Counted from the stretch's first letter, positions 1 to 13,315 are shown. The stretch is DNA of 64,000 nucleotides from Narcine bancroftii (GCF_036971445.1 NC_091474.1:209064001-209128000); one strand, 5' to 3'. Made by a program: numbers and translations. The notes: generated by a model not told the origin, from the sequence alone.

Positions 1-399
1 ATACACTCTTGGCCCTCTATGTCCAATGTAAATACTACACCTTTTCGTCTAATTACCCTAAAGTACCCCTCATATGGGCATTGAAATGCTGGGCATTTCT
101 GACCTTTCCTAACCATCACAAATTCCTCAGTCAGTAGGTCATGCAGCACCTGGGAACTCCCGTGAAAAACCGTGGGATAGGGTTGTCTTGCCTTATTGCT
201 ATCTTGGAGAATTAATTGCGAGGCTTGCTAATTTTAAACTTCTGTAGTTTTTAACCTAATTATTTTCCATGAATTTTTTTTTGCTAGTTGCTTGAATTCC
301 ACAAAATAGACACAATTCTAGGGGATCCAAGAAAAGAATGATTCATGCTGAATTTATTGACAGTATCAGGGTAGATTGACAAAGTGGTTAAGGTGTATG

Positions 400-793
400 G
401 GATCCCGGACTATGGAAATAGTGGCATAGAGTGGAATAGCCTCAAAGTAATTGATATTAATAGATGGCATAATGAGATGAAATATGGTTTAATAATGGAA
501 AAAATTACATATGTTTCTCATGATAATTATAATTTTTTTATTAATAAGTGGCTGTTATACTCAGAATATTTACATTTCAATTTATATTGATTAGATTTTA
601 ATATGTATATTTAATTTTTAAAAAAATATTTTTTCTTTTTTTATGGCTCTCCTTAGGAGAGTTGGCTGAAGGGTGGGGGGTTCTTTTCTTTTTTCTTTTT
701 ATATATATATAAAATGTTCATGTTCATGTTTAATTTCTGTATATGTCATATATTATTTGTTTTTTGAACGAATAAATAAAGTTTAAAAAAAAG
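400..793 (+). mobile_element. L1-clade LINE 3' fragment (ORF2 C-terminus, 3' UTR, A-tail)
   Basis: ORF 384-590 ends INRWHNEMKYGLIMEKITYVSHDNYNFFINKWLLYSEYL, matching the fish L1 ORF2 terminal EKITY..F..KW..Y pattern. It is followed by a T-rich UTR, AATAAA and an A-run at ~786-793. Confidence 0.75.
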
Positions 794-1049
794 TAATGAT
801 GAATGTTTCAGAACCTGGTTTGACTGCAGCTGGAGCACTTTGTTTTGTTCTGCTAAAGATGTCCTTGGAGACCGTACAGAAGAAACTTATTAAAAAGGTT
901 CCAGGGAAGAGGTTCTTCAGGTTCTACAGAGGGATTGGAGATGCTGGGCTTGTCCTCCCTGGATCCAAGGAAGTTGTAAGGAGATTAGATAGAAGTATTT
1001 AATATCTCAAAGGATGAGATAAAGCAGGCAGAGATAAGTTGATCAAATA

Positions 1050-1253
1050 CAGTAAAACCCGTATTATTCAGGATTCAAGCAACCAGCAAATAAAATGCAG
1101 AAAATAAATGGGTAAAAAGTACAGAAGTTTAAAATTGGTTCCCCCTAGCGGTTAGTTCAGCAATCACACAACTCGCAGTCTCAAGCAACTAGAAAATTCA
1201 CTTATCCGGCACCTACCAATCCCCATAGGTGCAGGATACCAAGGATTTTACAA
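1050..1253 (+). mobile_element. Tc1/mariner (Tigger-like) MITE, family A, copy 1
   Basis: TA-CAGTAAAACCC...GGATTTTAC(AA)-TA ends. Homologous to copies at 3125, 28577 and 55936, and to a partial minus copy at ~187-310. Confidence 0.75.
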
Positions 1254-1554
1254 TAAACGCAAGGTCAAGATCTTAGGAGAAAAGAATGATGATGGTTGGT
1301 CATGTGGAAAATGTGACATGAAGAAGGTATCTTTACGTGACAAGTGGTGAGGGTGTGGGATACACTGCCAGGAGTGATATTGAAAGTGGATTCTACTATA
1401 GTGTTCTCTAACAAGTTGGACAAGTAACTGAAAAGAAAGAGAATTTGCAGATATATTGTGAGATAGTGAGGTGTGTACAGTACTATCCACATTACTTTTA
1501 TATTAAGACATTTCAGATTTCTGTATTTCCTTAAAACACTGGAGGATAATTGGC

Positions 1555-1800
1555 CTATCAAGGTTTATATTCCCCTACTAATTCTCCCTGTAACCTATTC
1601 TACTTGCATTCTCATCAACTCCTGCAACGAGATTCTGTCAGTCACCTACAATAGGGCAAGTTAACCTGCCGGCCTGCAAATCTTTGTGACGTGAGAAGAA
1701 ATCTGAGGTCACAGGGAGAACAAGCAAATGCACAGATGCAGGAGGCCAGGTTTGAGCCCGAGTCACTGGAGCTGCGAGGCGGCAGCCCCCTCCCCTGAGC
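1555..1800 (-). mobile_element. tRNA-derived V-SINE (HE1-like), decayed
   Basis: Reverse strand carries a B-box-like CGGGCTCAAACC and the V-SINE core TTCTCCCTGTGACC; similar to the copy at 25670-25883. Confidence 0.6.
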
Positions 1801-1835
1801 TGTGACAGGGGATGAAGATTTGGGGGTGCGGGTTT

Positions 1836-2827
1836 TTTAACAGAAACTGGAGAAGTTGATGTTAATGCCCTCCGGTTGGAGGGTGCTCAGATAGAAGATG
1901 AGGTGGTGTTCCAATTTACGGGTGGTTTCCAACTGGCAGTGCATGAGACTATGGATAGACATGTAAGCAAGGGAATTGGGCTGGGGATTGAAATGGGTGG
2001 CCACTGGGAGATCCATGCTATGGTGATGGACAGGGTGAAGGTGCTCAGCGAAGCAATTTCCCAATCTACGCCCAGGCTCTCGGATGTAGAGGTGACCACA
2101 ACGGGAGGACCAGATGCAGTAGATGACCCCTGCAGATACATGAGTGAAATGTTGCTTCACCTGCAAGGACTGTTTGAGGCCCTGAATTGTGGTGAGGGGA
2201 AAGATGTGGGCACAAGCAGAGCATCTCCTGTGGTCACAGAATTAGGTCCCAAGGGAGCGAGGGAAGAGCGGACGAGGGAGTCACTGAGGGAGCGGTTACT
2301 TTGGAAGGTAGAGAGGGGAAAACGTGTCCGGTGGTGGGATCATGTTGTAAGAAGCAAGAAAGTGTTGTATATGGAGGCTGGTGGGGTGATAGGTGAGGTC
2401 ATGGGGAATCCTATCTTTGTTGCATGTGGGGGAAGATGTCCGGATAATGGAAGATATGTGGGCGAGGGCTGAGCTAATGGTGGTAGAGGGTTAGTAACAT
2501 TGTTTGAAGAAGGAGGACATCTCTAATGATCTGGCATGGAAGACCTCGAGCTAAGAGGAGATGTGACAGAGGTGGGGGGAATTGAGAGAAAGGAATGGAA
2601 TCCTTACAGGAGACAGGGTGTGAAGAGGTGTAGTTGAGGTAGCTGTGGGAGTAAGTTGCACAAGATTGCACCACCAGGGTCAGGAACAGATTCTACCCCT
2701 TCATCATTAGACTTCTCAACAACAAACTAAATAAGAGACTCATTTAAGGACTCTTACTTTGCACTTAATCGATTTTAATTTTCATCTCTGTATTGCACAG
2801 TCAGTTTATTTATATTTCTTTATTTTT

Positions 2828-2858
<31 letters not shown>

Positions 2859-3080
2859 GCTGTGTACAGTTTTTATTTGCACTACCAATAAGTGGTAATT
2901 TTGCCTCGTCTGCAATAAAAAGAATTTCAGGGTTGTATGTGATGTCCTGAATGTACTCCTGACAATAAATCTGAAATCTGAGTTGGTGGATTTGTAGAAG
3001 ATGTATGTCGAGACATGGAGATAGAGGTCGAGAAGAGGGTGAGTGTTGGACCAATTTGAGGTCAGGGTGGAAGTTGCCAT
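1836..3080 (-). mobile_element. Penelope-like element fragment (RT C-terminus + GIY-YIG endonuclease), interrupted by a Rex/Babar 3' end at ~2666-2978
   Basis: ORF 1837-2166 VIYCIWSSRCGHLYIREPGRRLGNCFAEHL...PVATHFN...LIFYLSTLQPEGININFS is a decayed PLE GIY-YIG domain. ORF 2474-2674 HSYLNYTSSHPVSCKDSIPFSQF is the PLE RT C-terminal region. Confidence 0.9.
2666..2978 (+). mobile_element. Rex1/Babar LINE 3' end
   Basis: Homologous to 12935-13315 (TTRFRNS..P..IRLLN C-terminus). Ends CAATAAATCTGAAATCTGA and contains a (TA)n run at ~2831-2857. Confidence 0.7.
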
Positions 3081-3124
3081 TTTACTCATGGTTCCTACTT
3101 GGTTTCTCATCCTCCCATTCCTCA

Positions 3125-3319
3125 TTTAAAACCCCTGGTATCAGGTTCCTATGGGATTGATAGATGTTGGATAAGTGAATTTTCCGGTTGCTTGAGATGG
3201 TGTATGGCGTGGATTGGTGAACTAATGGCAAGGTGCGCCAATTTTAAACTTGCATATTTTATTCCTATTTAATTTCTGCAATTTTTTTTCTTTTTAATTC
3301 CAGATACTGGGTTTTCCTG
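3125..3319 (-). mobile_element. Tigger-like MITE family A, copy 2
   Basis: Reverse-complement match to 1050-1253; ends GGGTTTTCCTG-TA. Confidence 0.7.
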
Positions 3320-3494
3320 TATTTAGTTTCCTGTTCAGAATCTTGTCAGGATTAAAAAACCTGCAGATTGATACATGCTGCATAATCATAATTCACTGTA
3401 TTCTATTGGAGAGAAGGTGAACTGTCGGCACTTCCAATGTATTATGCATAGAAAAGATACCACTTCAGAGGTTAGTTCAGGCACCAGGTATCGG

Positions 3495-4215
3495 AATCCG
3501 AATCCGAATTTATTGTCATGAACAAGTCATGAAATTCAATGTTTATGGCAGCATCACAGTGTAAACATTCATATTATAACCATCTTACAACATTACTATA
3601 AATTTTAAAAAATCATAGGGCACAAAAAGTAAGTTCATTGATTATTCAGGAATCTGATGACAGCAGGGATGAAGCTGTCCTTGTGCCACTGAGTGCTTGT
3701 CTTTAGGCTCCTGTACTTCCTTCCTAATGGTAGCAGAGTGAAGAGGGTGTGGCCCAGGTGGTGGGGCCTTTGAGGATAGTGGCTGCTTTTTTAAGACACC
3801 ACCTCATGTAGATGTCCTTGATGGAGTGAAGTCTGGTGCCTGTAATGTCGCAGGGCGAGTTACAACCCTCTGGAGTTTAATCTTGTCCTGAGAGTTGGTG
3901 CCTCCATTACCAGGCAGTGATGCAACCTGCCAGAATGCTCTCCACAGTCCATCTGTAGAGGTTTTTGGTGACATACTGAATCTCCTCAGACACCTCACAA
4001 AGTATAACCATTGGCAAGCCTTCTTTGTGATTGCATCAACACAGAGGCTCCAGGACAGATCCTCAGATATTGACACCTAGGAATTTGAAGTTCTTGAACT
4101 TCTCCACGACTGAGCCCTCGATAAGGACTGGGTCATGTTTCCCTGACTTCCTTCTGAAATCCACAATTATCTCCTTGGTTTTGGTAATATTGTTATTACA
4201 CCATATCTCCCTCAT
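3495..4215 (-). mobile_element. Rex1/Babar LINE 3' fragment
   Basis: Translates to LELNISKTKE-like NITKTKEIIVDFRRK...VEKFKNFKFLGVNISEDLSWS..VDAITKKA.QWLYF.R.LRRF, the Rex1/Babar RT C-terminus. A (GAATCC)n-type tail lies at ~3493-3510. Confidence 0.85.
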
Positions 4216-6084
4216 GTACACTTTCCCCGAGCTCCAGTTCAGAATCTCCAACACAGTTAGGAACCTTTTGGCACTCCCTTGCCTCCTGGTTCCACTATCT
4301 GGTACCCCTTCAGCCAGATTCGAGATCATCTCCAGCAGCCCACAGCCTCTGTGGGTTCCTCGCCTTGAGTCACCAGCAGCCACTGCATGCGTTGGTCTTT
4401 CAGCCACAGAGGCCCCTTACTGGTCTTCTACCATGGTCACCATCCCTTGGTCGTCTCCTCTGCTTCCCTGTTTTATGGTGCCCACGCCAGTCCTCCACTC
4501 ACCTGGAGTCTGTAACTCCTCATGGTTGCTGGCATTCATAGGCACCACCATCTTTGGCACAGACCCTGCACTTGCGGGATTTTAAATAAAACTCCTTTAA
4601 CGGGCTGTTCAAAGCCTATGCGGAACTGATGGCAGTTGACTGGACAGTTGCACCCCATGGGAGCGCTGTATCTCTGCTCCTCGCTCCCTATGGGTCTGTG
4701 GCACCACTGCCTTTACAGCGACTTTAGCAACACTGCCATTTTCCGCTCCACTCTAAAGTTTTAAGAATAAATTGGATAGTTACATGGATGGGACAGGTCT
4801 GGAGGGTTATGGAATGGTTGAAGGTCAGTGGGATCAGCGGAATGATGTTTTGGCACAGACTAGAAGGGTTGTAGTGTTCTAAGCCAAGAATATACCAAGC
4901 ATCCATAGCCTTTTCCTTCGTTCTAGGCAAATTGTACATTTGGAGGCTTTGCAGAAAGAATGGGTCACCTACTCTTAAATGCAGGAAGTTGAAAAATGAT
5001 AATCCAAGCTCCTGGAAGAAGATATTGGTACCATCTCCCAGTTCAGAGAGAATGATTAGTAGAGGGCAAAGATAGTTCACACCAGATTTCACAATATGAA
5101 GGTGACCAATTGGTCGTAGGGGCTGAGGAGCATCCCGGGGAGGAATTGTGGAATTTGATATCTGGTGTTCATTATAAAAACTTTTTTTGTAAAGATTGAG
5201 TTTCCTGGAGTGGAGGAACAATTTATTTGATCTGTTGGTTTTCTCATTAGTGAAGCTGAGCCGTCAGTTTTTAATTTGACGCTCATTAACCCAAATGCTA
5301 TGAATCATTAATAAAACAACAACTTAATTGACATTTTTTAGTCCATTAATAGCAGAGCATAAATGACATATTAAACATATTAAACCCACTGTTGAGAATT
5401 TGATGTTATCATTTTGTTTTTTTTTAAAAAGTACATTCTTGCCTGGAGTTCTTGCTGCAACCGTTAGGCTTTAACTTGGACAACGAAAGGGTTTCCCCCT
5501 CATTCGCTCTAAGGCCTTAGAAAAAAAATCAATAAGAACTGGCCACGAGGTTCATTCTATCCAATGGGCCATGCATAATTTCTAGTTGCAAAGATTCTTC
5601 TTGATATACATGATTGTAAAGGTGACATAATCATTATTGTGTTCTACATAGATCAACTGATTATCAGAATTAAAAGATGAATTGAGGGTGGATTTTGTCA
5701 GCAATCTAAATATGAAAAATATTTAAGGAAGAAAGAGTTTAGTACCTCTTAAAAATAGAAACCTACAGAACAGAGGATGTAATTTTTATTTGTTATTTGA
5801 ATCATTGCTCATCTATTTCTCAATTCTTTCTTTGCTCCATGTTCTTTGAAGTCCTCTCCAAACCGAGTATGATCTATTTTTGATCTTAAATTATTCAATT
5901 TTTATTCATTACCAAGTCTTTTTTGTAGAGAAATGCAGATCTCTACCACCCTTTGAGTTGGGGAGGGAACTGATGTTTCATCTAATGTCATGACTGTGCA
6001 ATAGCCAGAGAATAAGAACACTACTGCAAATGTTTATATAATTTGGATTGAGTTGTGCTTTTATGCAAGGATGCAGAACAGATG

Positions 6085-6390
6085 TAATTTAGTGTCTTGG
6101 GTCTATGGCAGCTCCCAGCCCAGCAAACCCATCAGTCCCATTCTACCACTCTTCATTTACCTGTGCTCCTTCAATTCATTTTCTCACACATGCTCCCCAA
6201 TTTCCCTTTGATTCCTTTGCTGCCACCTACGCTAGGGATGGTTGACAGAAGCCAATTAGTCTACTAGCATGCCTTTGGGATATTGGAGGAAACTGAAGCA
6301 AAAGCACACAGTGATAGATAAACAGCACACGGGGTCAGCATTGAAGGTGGTCCCTGGGGTAGTGAGCCAGTAGCACTACCTGCTGTGGTA
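6085..6390 (-). mobile_element. V-SINE, decayed
   Basis: Similar to 1555-1800 (GCCTTTGGGATATTGGAGGAAACTGAAGCA core). Confidence 0.5.
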
Positions 6391-7249
6391 ATGTTTGGTC
6401 AATTGGAAGGGTTACATTTTGCTGGAATGTCTGATTTTTGAATTTCCAAATTTATGAATGAAGTTATTTCATAATTGTCCCCTAATGTTGAAAAATTACT
6501 GTGTGTGTGAATTTCTTCTCATTTGAAGTAAATCAAATTGTATTTTTGTATTGAGACAGTGTTTATTTAGAAGGATGATTAACCAAAGTTCACAACTTGT
6601 CGATCCAATCTTAAAGGTGAACTAAGAACCTTCACTAGAGACCAAGCAGTATTTTTTTTTAATCAAAACAAATATTATGCCTAGATTTTAATAAGGGTTC
6701 CTGGTAACCAACAAGCTCCATCATAGGAGCTTGTCACTCTTCTGGTATGGCTTTATCATCATGTAACTGGGTCCATGTTTATGGAGGAATATTATCCTTT
6801 ACCTTGGCATGTGATGAAAGGGTATAAGTGTTTGTATTGGCGAATATCTGTTAATTATTCTCTTGAAGCACCATGTTAAATCCTAGCTTTTCTCGGGCAC
6901 CATCCAAGGACAGCTACCCTGAGGAACTTTCCACAGATGCAGAAAGGCTCCAGGCAAAGAGACAAGATACACTGAGTCCTTATTCTGGTGCTTCACAATT
7001 CTCAACCAAATTGAAGACGTTTCTTTTTTTTTAAAAAAGTAATTTCAGCAAAAATGCCAATACAGCGGAACTCTATCTTCCATGCCTGAAGCTGTAAATA
7101 AGTGTTATTTGATAAATCAATTAAAATATTATAATTGCCCAAAGTAGAGACAGATAATTTTTTATTTGCATAAGTTTGCACAATGAGGCAATTATGTTGT
7201 TGGCTTTAAGCATAAATGAAGGTGCTGAAGGTAGACGTATATCCTGGAG

Positions 7250-8640
7250 CTTGATCAGATATGTCCAAGGATACTGTGGGAAGCTAGAGAGGAAATTGCA
7301 AGTGTCCTAGCTTAGATTTTTGAGTTGTCAATAAGTACAGGTGAAATGCCAGAAGACTGAGGGATGGCACAGTTGTGCCTGTATTCAAGAAGGGCTGCAG
7401 GGAAAATACCAGTGACCCAAAAAAATCACTAAGTTACTATACTATATGGAGCATTTGAATGCCCAAATGCTGATTAGGGATAAAAAGTAAAACGCAAAAG
7501 TCTACTGACATCGTGGTTGAAGTAAAAACACAATGCTGAACAACCTCAGCAGGTCAAACAGATAAAGATACATAACCATTGTTTCATCAAGAGGGATAAG
7601 GGAGGGAAGGCACACCAGCAAACAAAGGATATTCAGCACCATCTTGAAAGCAGGAGTTCACACCTCATAAATCCGAGTTATTTGAGGATGTGACCAAGAA
7701 AATGTGACCATGAGGGAAGAACTGCCGAAGATATATTTGGATTTCAGCAAGATATTGTCATCTCATCAGTGATTTAGATGAAGATGTAATGGCAGGAAGA
7801 GAAAGTTTGTGGATAAGATTTTAGAAGTGAAGCTGGTGGTCAAAGATTGCAGCAGGATCTTGATCGGCTGGACAGATGGGCGAGGAATGGTTGATGGAGT
7901 TTAATAGAGAAATGTGAGTGTTGCATTTTGTGAGGTGTGACGTGGGTAGGACCTATACCGTAAATGGTACAACAGAGTGCACATATGTAGTTTCTTGAAA
8001 GTGGCATCAAAGGGATGTGGTCAAAAAGACTTTTGGCACATTGGCCTTCATCAGACAGAGTATTGAGTATAGAAGTTGGGAGGGCATGTTGCAGTTGTAT
8101 AAGATATTGGAGATGCCCCCGTTTAGAATATTGTGTTCAGTTTTTGTTACCATGCTGTAGAAAAGCTGGAGAGGATGCAGAGAAAATTTGAGGATATTGT
8201 CAGGACTCAGACAGGGCCTGAGTTATAGGAAGAGGTTGAGCAGGCTAGGGCTTTATTCCTTGGAATACAGGAGGATGAAGGGTGATAACACAGAAGTATA
8301 CAAAATCATGAGAAAAATAGATGGGGTGAACGCAGAGTCTTTCGTCCAGAGTAGGGGAATTGGTAACAGAGGGTGTAGGTTTAAGGTGAAGAGGATGAGA
8401 TTTAACAGGAACCTGAGGGGTATGGTTTTTTTTACACAGAGGTTAGTAAGTGTATGTAATGGACTGCTGGATGAGGTGGTTGAGGCAGGTACTTTGGCAA
8501 AATTAGACAAATTTGTGCATTAGATCTGTTTTGAGTGATGTCGGCCAAGTACAGGCAGGTGGGACTAATGTGTGAGAGGGGCATTTTTTTGGCATGGGCA
8601 AGTTGGGCAGAAGGGCCTATTTTCATGCTGTATGAGCATT
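7250..8640 (+). mobile_element. CR1 LINE, decayed 3' half, with a Penelope terminal-repeat fragment at ~7495-7590
   Basis: ORF 8188-8523 LSYRKRLSRLGLYSLEYRRMKGDNTEVYKIMR...FFTQRLVSVCNGL is the CR1 ORF2 C-terminus. Upstream remnants include EDW..A.VVPVFKKG. Confidence 0.85.
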
Positions 8641-9599
8641 ATGGGTTCAGAAACTCAATTCAGTAGAATTCTGGGTTTTACAGACACTCTGGATCAGGTT
8701 TAGCCATCGGCCAGGATGGGAAGCTAATTTGGTGGCTTAGAAAAGGTTTGTGGCTGAAATATGAAATCTCAGATAGGCCGACCTGCAATGAGGGACCCAC
8801 AGAGGTGAACTGAGTGAGACAATTTATTGAAGCTTCTGATTTCCCAAGGATGCTAGACTTTGCCATAAATCAAGAAAAGTCAATGCAGAAACTGCCCTTC
8901 ATTTTCATCTAGGTTACAAATAACCTTAGGCACTGGGTGGCAATGAGAAATGTTGTACGCAAGACTTGTGGCAAGTTGTTCACCTTTTCTTCATTCAATT
9001 GAACAGAAATATAGATTGTGTGTTTCTGGAGGGCATTGGAGTCAAACTTAGGAAGTCAACAGCAACACAATTGCAGTTAGATTCAGTGCCGTCAGCAAAA
9101 CCTCACAACATTATTATATGCACTGGCATTTAAATTACTAATAAGATGAAGTGTCATAAGTTGCACTCCAGGTTTTATTTCCTTTGGGTATTGACTGACT
9201 TGCTTGTAGATGAGGAAAAATGCAACCTTTTCCCTTTTTAATAAGGTCACAGCTAATACAAATATATAGGATTCACAACTGTAATCTGGTTAATATCGTT
9301 TAATTAATTGGCTTCCTCGGCACACATTGTAGCTTTCTGTTCCTGTTTAAATAATTCATTTTGCCAGTAAAGGATTTATAAAATACATAGATTCTAACAT
9401 AATCTGGGGATGGAGGTTACAGGTAATGGTACAATAAAGGTTATTAGAGTGACAGGCACTGGCTAATGTCTGACAAAGGCTTAACGTGGTATTAAATGGG
9501 GAAAAAGGGAACAATTAATTGTGGCATATGCTCTTAGCAACCATCTGGTATCCGAGGCTAGCAATGCCTGTTTATTTGAGTTGTGTGTATACAGGCTTA

Positions 9600-12015
9600 T
9601 GAGCAAATAAGATCACTAAGTCTCTTTTGAGGAGGTAATAAATATAAACAATGGGAATGGTAGTGCATGTTACCAACCTGGACTTAAGTAATACATTTGA
9701 CAAGACCCATAGTGATAGGCTGATCCATGGTGATTAGGTAGGTTGATTCAAGGTTGTCTTGGCCAGATGAGTCGGAGGACAGTGGTGGAGGAGTGTTTCC
9801 ATGACCATTGGTTTTCCTCAGGGATCAGTGCTGGGACCTCTGCTTGTGGTATTTGTACAAATGCTTTAGATGAAAGTGGGGATGTCACTGATTAGTAAGT
9901 TTGCAGATGACACAAAAATGGGTGGAGTTGTGGATAGTGAAGAAAGCTGTCAAAGGGTCCAGCATATATCGGTCCATTAGGAATCTGGGTGGAGAAATGG
10001 CAGATGCGGATGGGTGCAAGTTTTTGGCTCCCTGAAAGTGGCAACACAGATTGATAGGACATAAAAAACAACGTATGGCATGTTTGCCTTCATTGCTCAG
10101 GACATTGGAGTATAAATATGTGATGGCATGTTACAGCAATATGAAAGATTGTGCGAGCCACATTTGAAGTACCATGTTCACTTCGTTACTACATTCCTGG
10201 GAAGATGCTGCAGCTTTGGAGAGGGGGCAGAAGGGGTTCACCAGGAATTTGCTTGAACGAGAGAATGTTGACTACAAAGAGGTTGGACAAACTTGGTGTG
10301 CTTTCTCGGGTGTTGGAAGCTGACGAGTGACTTCATAGAACACTACAGCACAGCATAGGCCTTTCAGCCCTTGATGTTGTGCTGACCCATATTCCTTAAA
10401 AAAAGTATTATCCCACCCTACCTTGTTCCCTCTTTCTTTCATCCATGTGCCTGAGAGTCTCTTAAATTCCCCTAATGTTTCAGCCTTCATCATCATCTTC
10501 CCTGGCAAGACATTCCAGGCACCCACAATGGTGTTAATAAAAACAACCTTCCTCTTGATGCCTCCCCTAAACTTCCCTCCCTTCACCCCTCCCGAATCCA
10601 GTGGCATGGTGATGTCCAAGAGGGCTGGGGGAAGTTCTGTTGCAGTGAATGGCCAGACCAAGTTTCGATGCAAGGGATGCCCTTTCCACACTTCAAGGTG
10701 TGTATTTGTTAGATGGCCGTTGACCCTATGAGAGGGCTCCTCCGCCCCTTGACAAGTCTTGTTTTTCATCCTGCAGGGTGTCTAGCCATCTTCCACACTA
10801 GGAGCCTGTGTAGTTGCCGACCATGCAACAGGTAGTACTGGGTTACGTGGTACCAGTAGCACTACAAGTGACCTGACATGTACATATGTCCTCTGGTATT
10901 TGCTGGCTCTCCACCCTTTTTATGCCCCTCATAATCTTGTAGACTTCTATCAAGTCACCTCTCATCCTCTGTGCCCCAAAGAAAAATAATTCTCAGCTCA
11001 TCAGATTTGTTTCTCAATCCAGGCAACATCCTGGTAAATCTCCTCTGCACCCTCTCCAGGTGACCAGAACTGAACACAATACTCTAAGTGTGGTCTTATC
11101 ACAGATTTGTAGAGTTGCAACATGACCTCTCTACTCCTGAACTCAATCCTCCTATTAATAAAGCATCCCTTAGGCCTTCTTAATTATATCCTATCATCCT
11201 GTGTGGCGACTTTGAGGGATGTATGGATTTGAACCCCACTGTTCATCCACACTCCTAAGTATCCAACCATCAATCCTGTACTCAGCCTTCTGGTTTGTCC
11301 TTCCAAAAGGCATCACCTCACACTTATCTGGGTTGAACTCTATCTGCCACTTTTCTGCCCAACTCTGCATCTTGTCTATATCCTCTTGTAACCTTTGACA
11401 ACCATCAGCTCCATCCACAACTCTTCCAACCTATGTGTCAGATGCAACTTATTGACCAATCCTTCTACCTCTTCATCCAGGTCATTTATAAAAATCACAA
11501 AGAGCAGGGGTCCCAGAACAGATCCCTGTGACATTCCACTAGTCACTGACCTCCAGGAGGAATACTTTCCTTCCACTAACTGGTCTCTGCTTTCTTCCTA
11601 CAAGCCAATGTTTTATGCACACAGCCACCGATCCCACACCTCATGACTTTCTGGATGAGTCTCTCGTGGGGGTCCTTGTCAAAGGTTGATTTAAAAAATG
11701 AGAAGCATAGATAGGGCAGTGTTTTACTCAGGGCAGAAATGTGAAATATTCAGGGTCATAGCTTTAAGGTGACAAGGGGAAAGTTTAACAGAGATGTGTA
11801 AGGCATGCATTTTTTTTTTACACAGAGAACGTGCTGCTAGTACTGATGGTGGAAGAAATGTGATAGCGATGTTTCAGAGGCATTTAGATAGGTGAATGTA
11901 CGGGGTGTAGAGAGATATGGATCATGTGCAGGCTGACGGGATTAGTTTAATTTGGCAGCATGGACAGCACAGACATCATGTGCTGAAGGGCCTGTTCCTG
12001 TTCTCTGATCTGTTC
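9600..12015 (+). mobile_element. CR1 LINE (plus), split at ~10335/11685 by an inverted CR1
   Basis: [10 protein letters not shown] and SKFADDTK remnants at ~9815-9915. The sequence resumes after 11685 with the 3' UTR ending GAAGGGCCTGTTCCTG. Confidence 0.75.
10335..11683 (-). mobile_element. CR1 LINE (minus) nested in the plus-strand CR1
   Basis: ORFs 11376-11576 ([28 protein letters not shown]) and 11194-11418 ([26 protein letters not shown]). The 3' tail CATAGAACACTACAGCAC is at ~10335. Confidence 0.9.
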
Positions 12016-12934
12016 TGAGTCAGCTCTTTTCATAGTTCACAGAATCATGTCATAATTCAGTACCGACTCAACTTGTTAACCAGTTTATATTAAATTCATT
12101 CATGTGAAAAGATCAAAGTGTCTTGCTCATCTTTAATTACCATTGAAAAGTGGTGAGCCACCTTTGGAAGCTGAACTCCTTGCAGTGAACGTATTTTCAT
12201 CAGGGTGCAAAGAAAGAAATTTTAAGATTTTGACCCAAACCACAATGAAGAAATAGCAATAAATTCCAATTTGCTTGTCATATGATTTGGATATGTATAA
12301 ATGTAGATCCCCACTCTCCTGCTGCATGGTCCTTTTTGGTGGTGGAGGGAAATTGTGTCAAAGATGACTTGATTTGTTAAATTTTGATTTTGAACACCCT
12401 GTAGCCATATGGCACCGGTAATTAATATTGATTACTGTTGGTGGACTCCCAAGCTTCTTAGAGTGTTGTTGAAGCAGATTAAGTAGCAAATATTCCATTA
12501 CCCATCTGACCTTTGGCTTTGAGGAATCTGTGAGACCTTTTTTGGTACAGAACATCCAGTCTTTGATTCACACTTGTACGTGTAATATTTGCATTTTCAG
12601 TTTCTTAATTGACAAGGCTGGTATTTATTACCCACCGCTAATTGCTCTTGTGATGGTGGTAGGGAGTAAGGTAATAAGAGCTTCTTGTCATATACATAAG
12701 AACAATGGACGTATGGACCAAAATTCTTATTGGCTGCAGCCAAGTATGTACATAAAATATACCAACTACTATAGTAAATGTAAAATTAGCATGACATGGC
12801 AATACAGAAATACATGCCAATATAAAACGATAGATAAATATTCACAGCTGCTGTTAGTATGAGAAAAAAGTGACATTTTAATAATGCAAACTGATCCTTA
12901 GAAGGTTGATTACGATTAAGGTAGTATCAAGAGC

Positions 12935-13315
12935 TCTGTTCTCGCAGCTGCCATCAGGAAAGAGATATAGATGTCATAAGACTTGCACCACCAGGTTCAG
13001 GAACAGCTGCTACCTTTCCCCCATCAGACTTCTCAACAACAAACTCAATCGGAGACTCTTACTAAGACCCTGGACCCCTTTGAACTCTTACTTTATTGAT
13101 CACTTTATTGACTTTTCTTTTTGTTCTCACTGTATTGCACAGTCAGTTTATTTACAGTTGTTATCTGCTACAGTTCTTTGTTTACATGCTTTCGCTGTGT
13201 ACATTTCTTTTTGCACTACCAATTAGCGGTGATTCTGTCATTCCTGCAGGAAAAATGAATCTCAGTGTTGTATGTGGTGCCATATATGTACTCTGACAAT
13301 AAATCTGAATTTGAA
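12935..13315 (+). mobile_element. Rex1/Babar LINE 3' end
   Basis: LFSQLPSGKRYRCHKTCTTRFRNSCYLSPIRLLN, followed by the tail CAATAAATCTGAATTTGAA. Confidence 0.8.

Noticed and set aside
1876-2472. 198-aa plus-strand ORF
   Set aside because: It is the antisense shadow of the Penelope GIY-YIG/RT region and has no independent motif.
4724-5221. 165-aa minus-strand ORF as a host gene
   Set aside because: It starts at a non-ATG codon, runs into a CR1 3' UTR and has no recognisable domain.
6873-7034. 53-codon ORF with a Kozak-like GCACCATG
   Set aside because: It is short, ends in a poly(T) run, has no donor site and resembles no protein I recognise.
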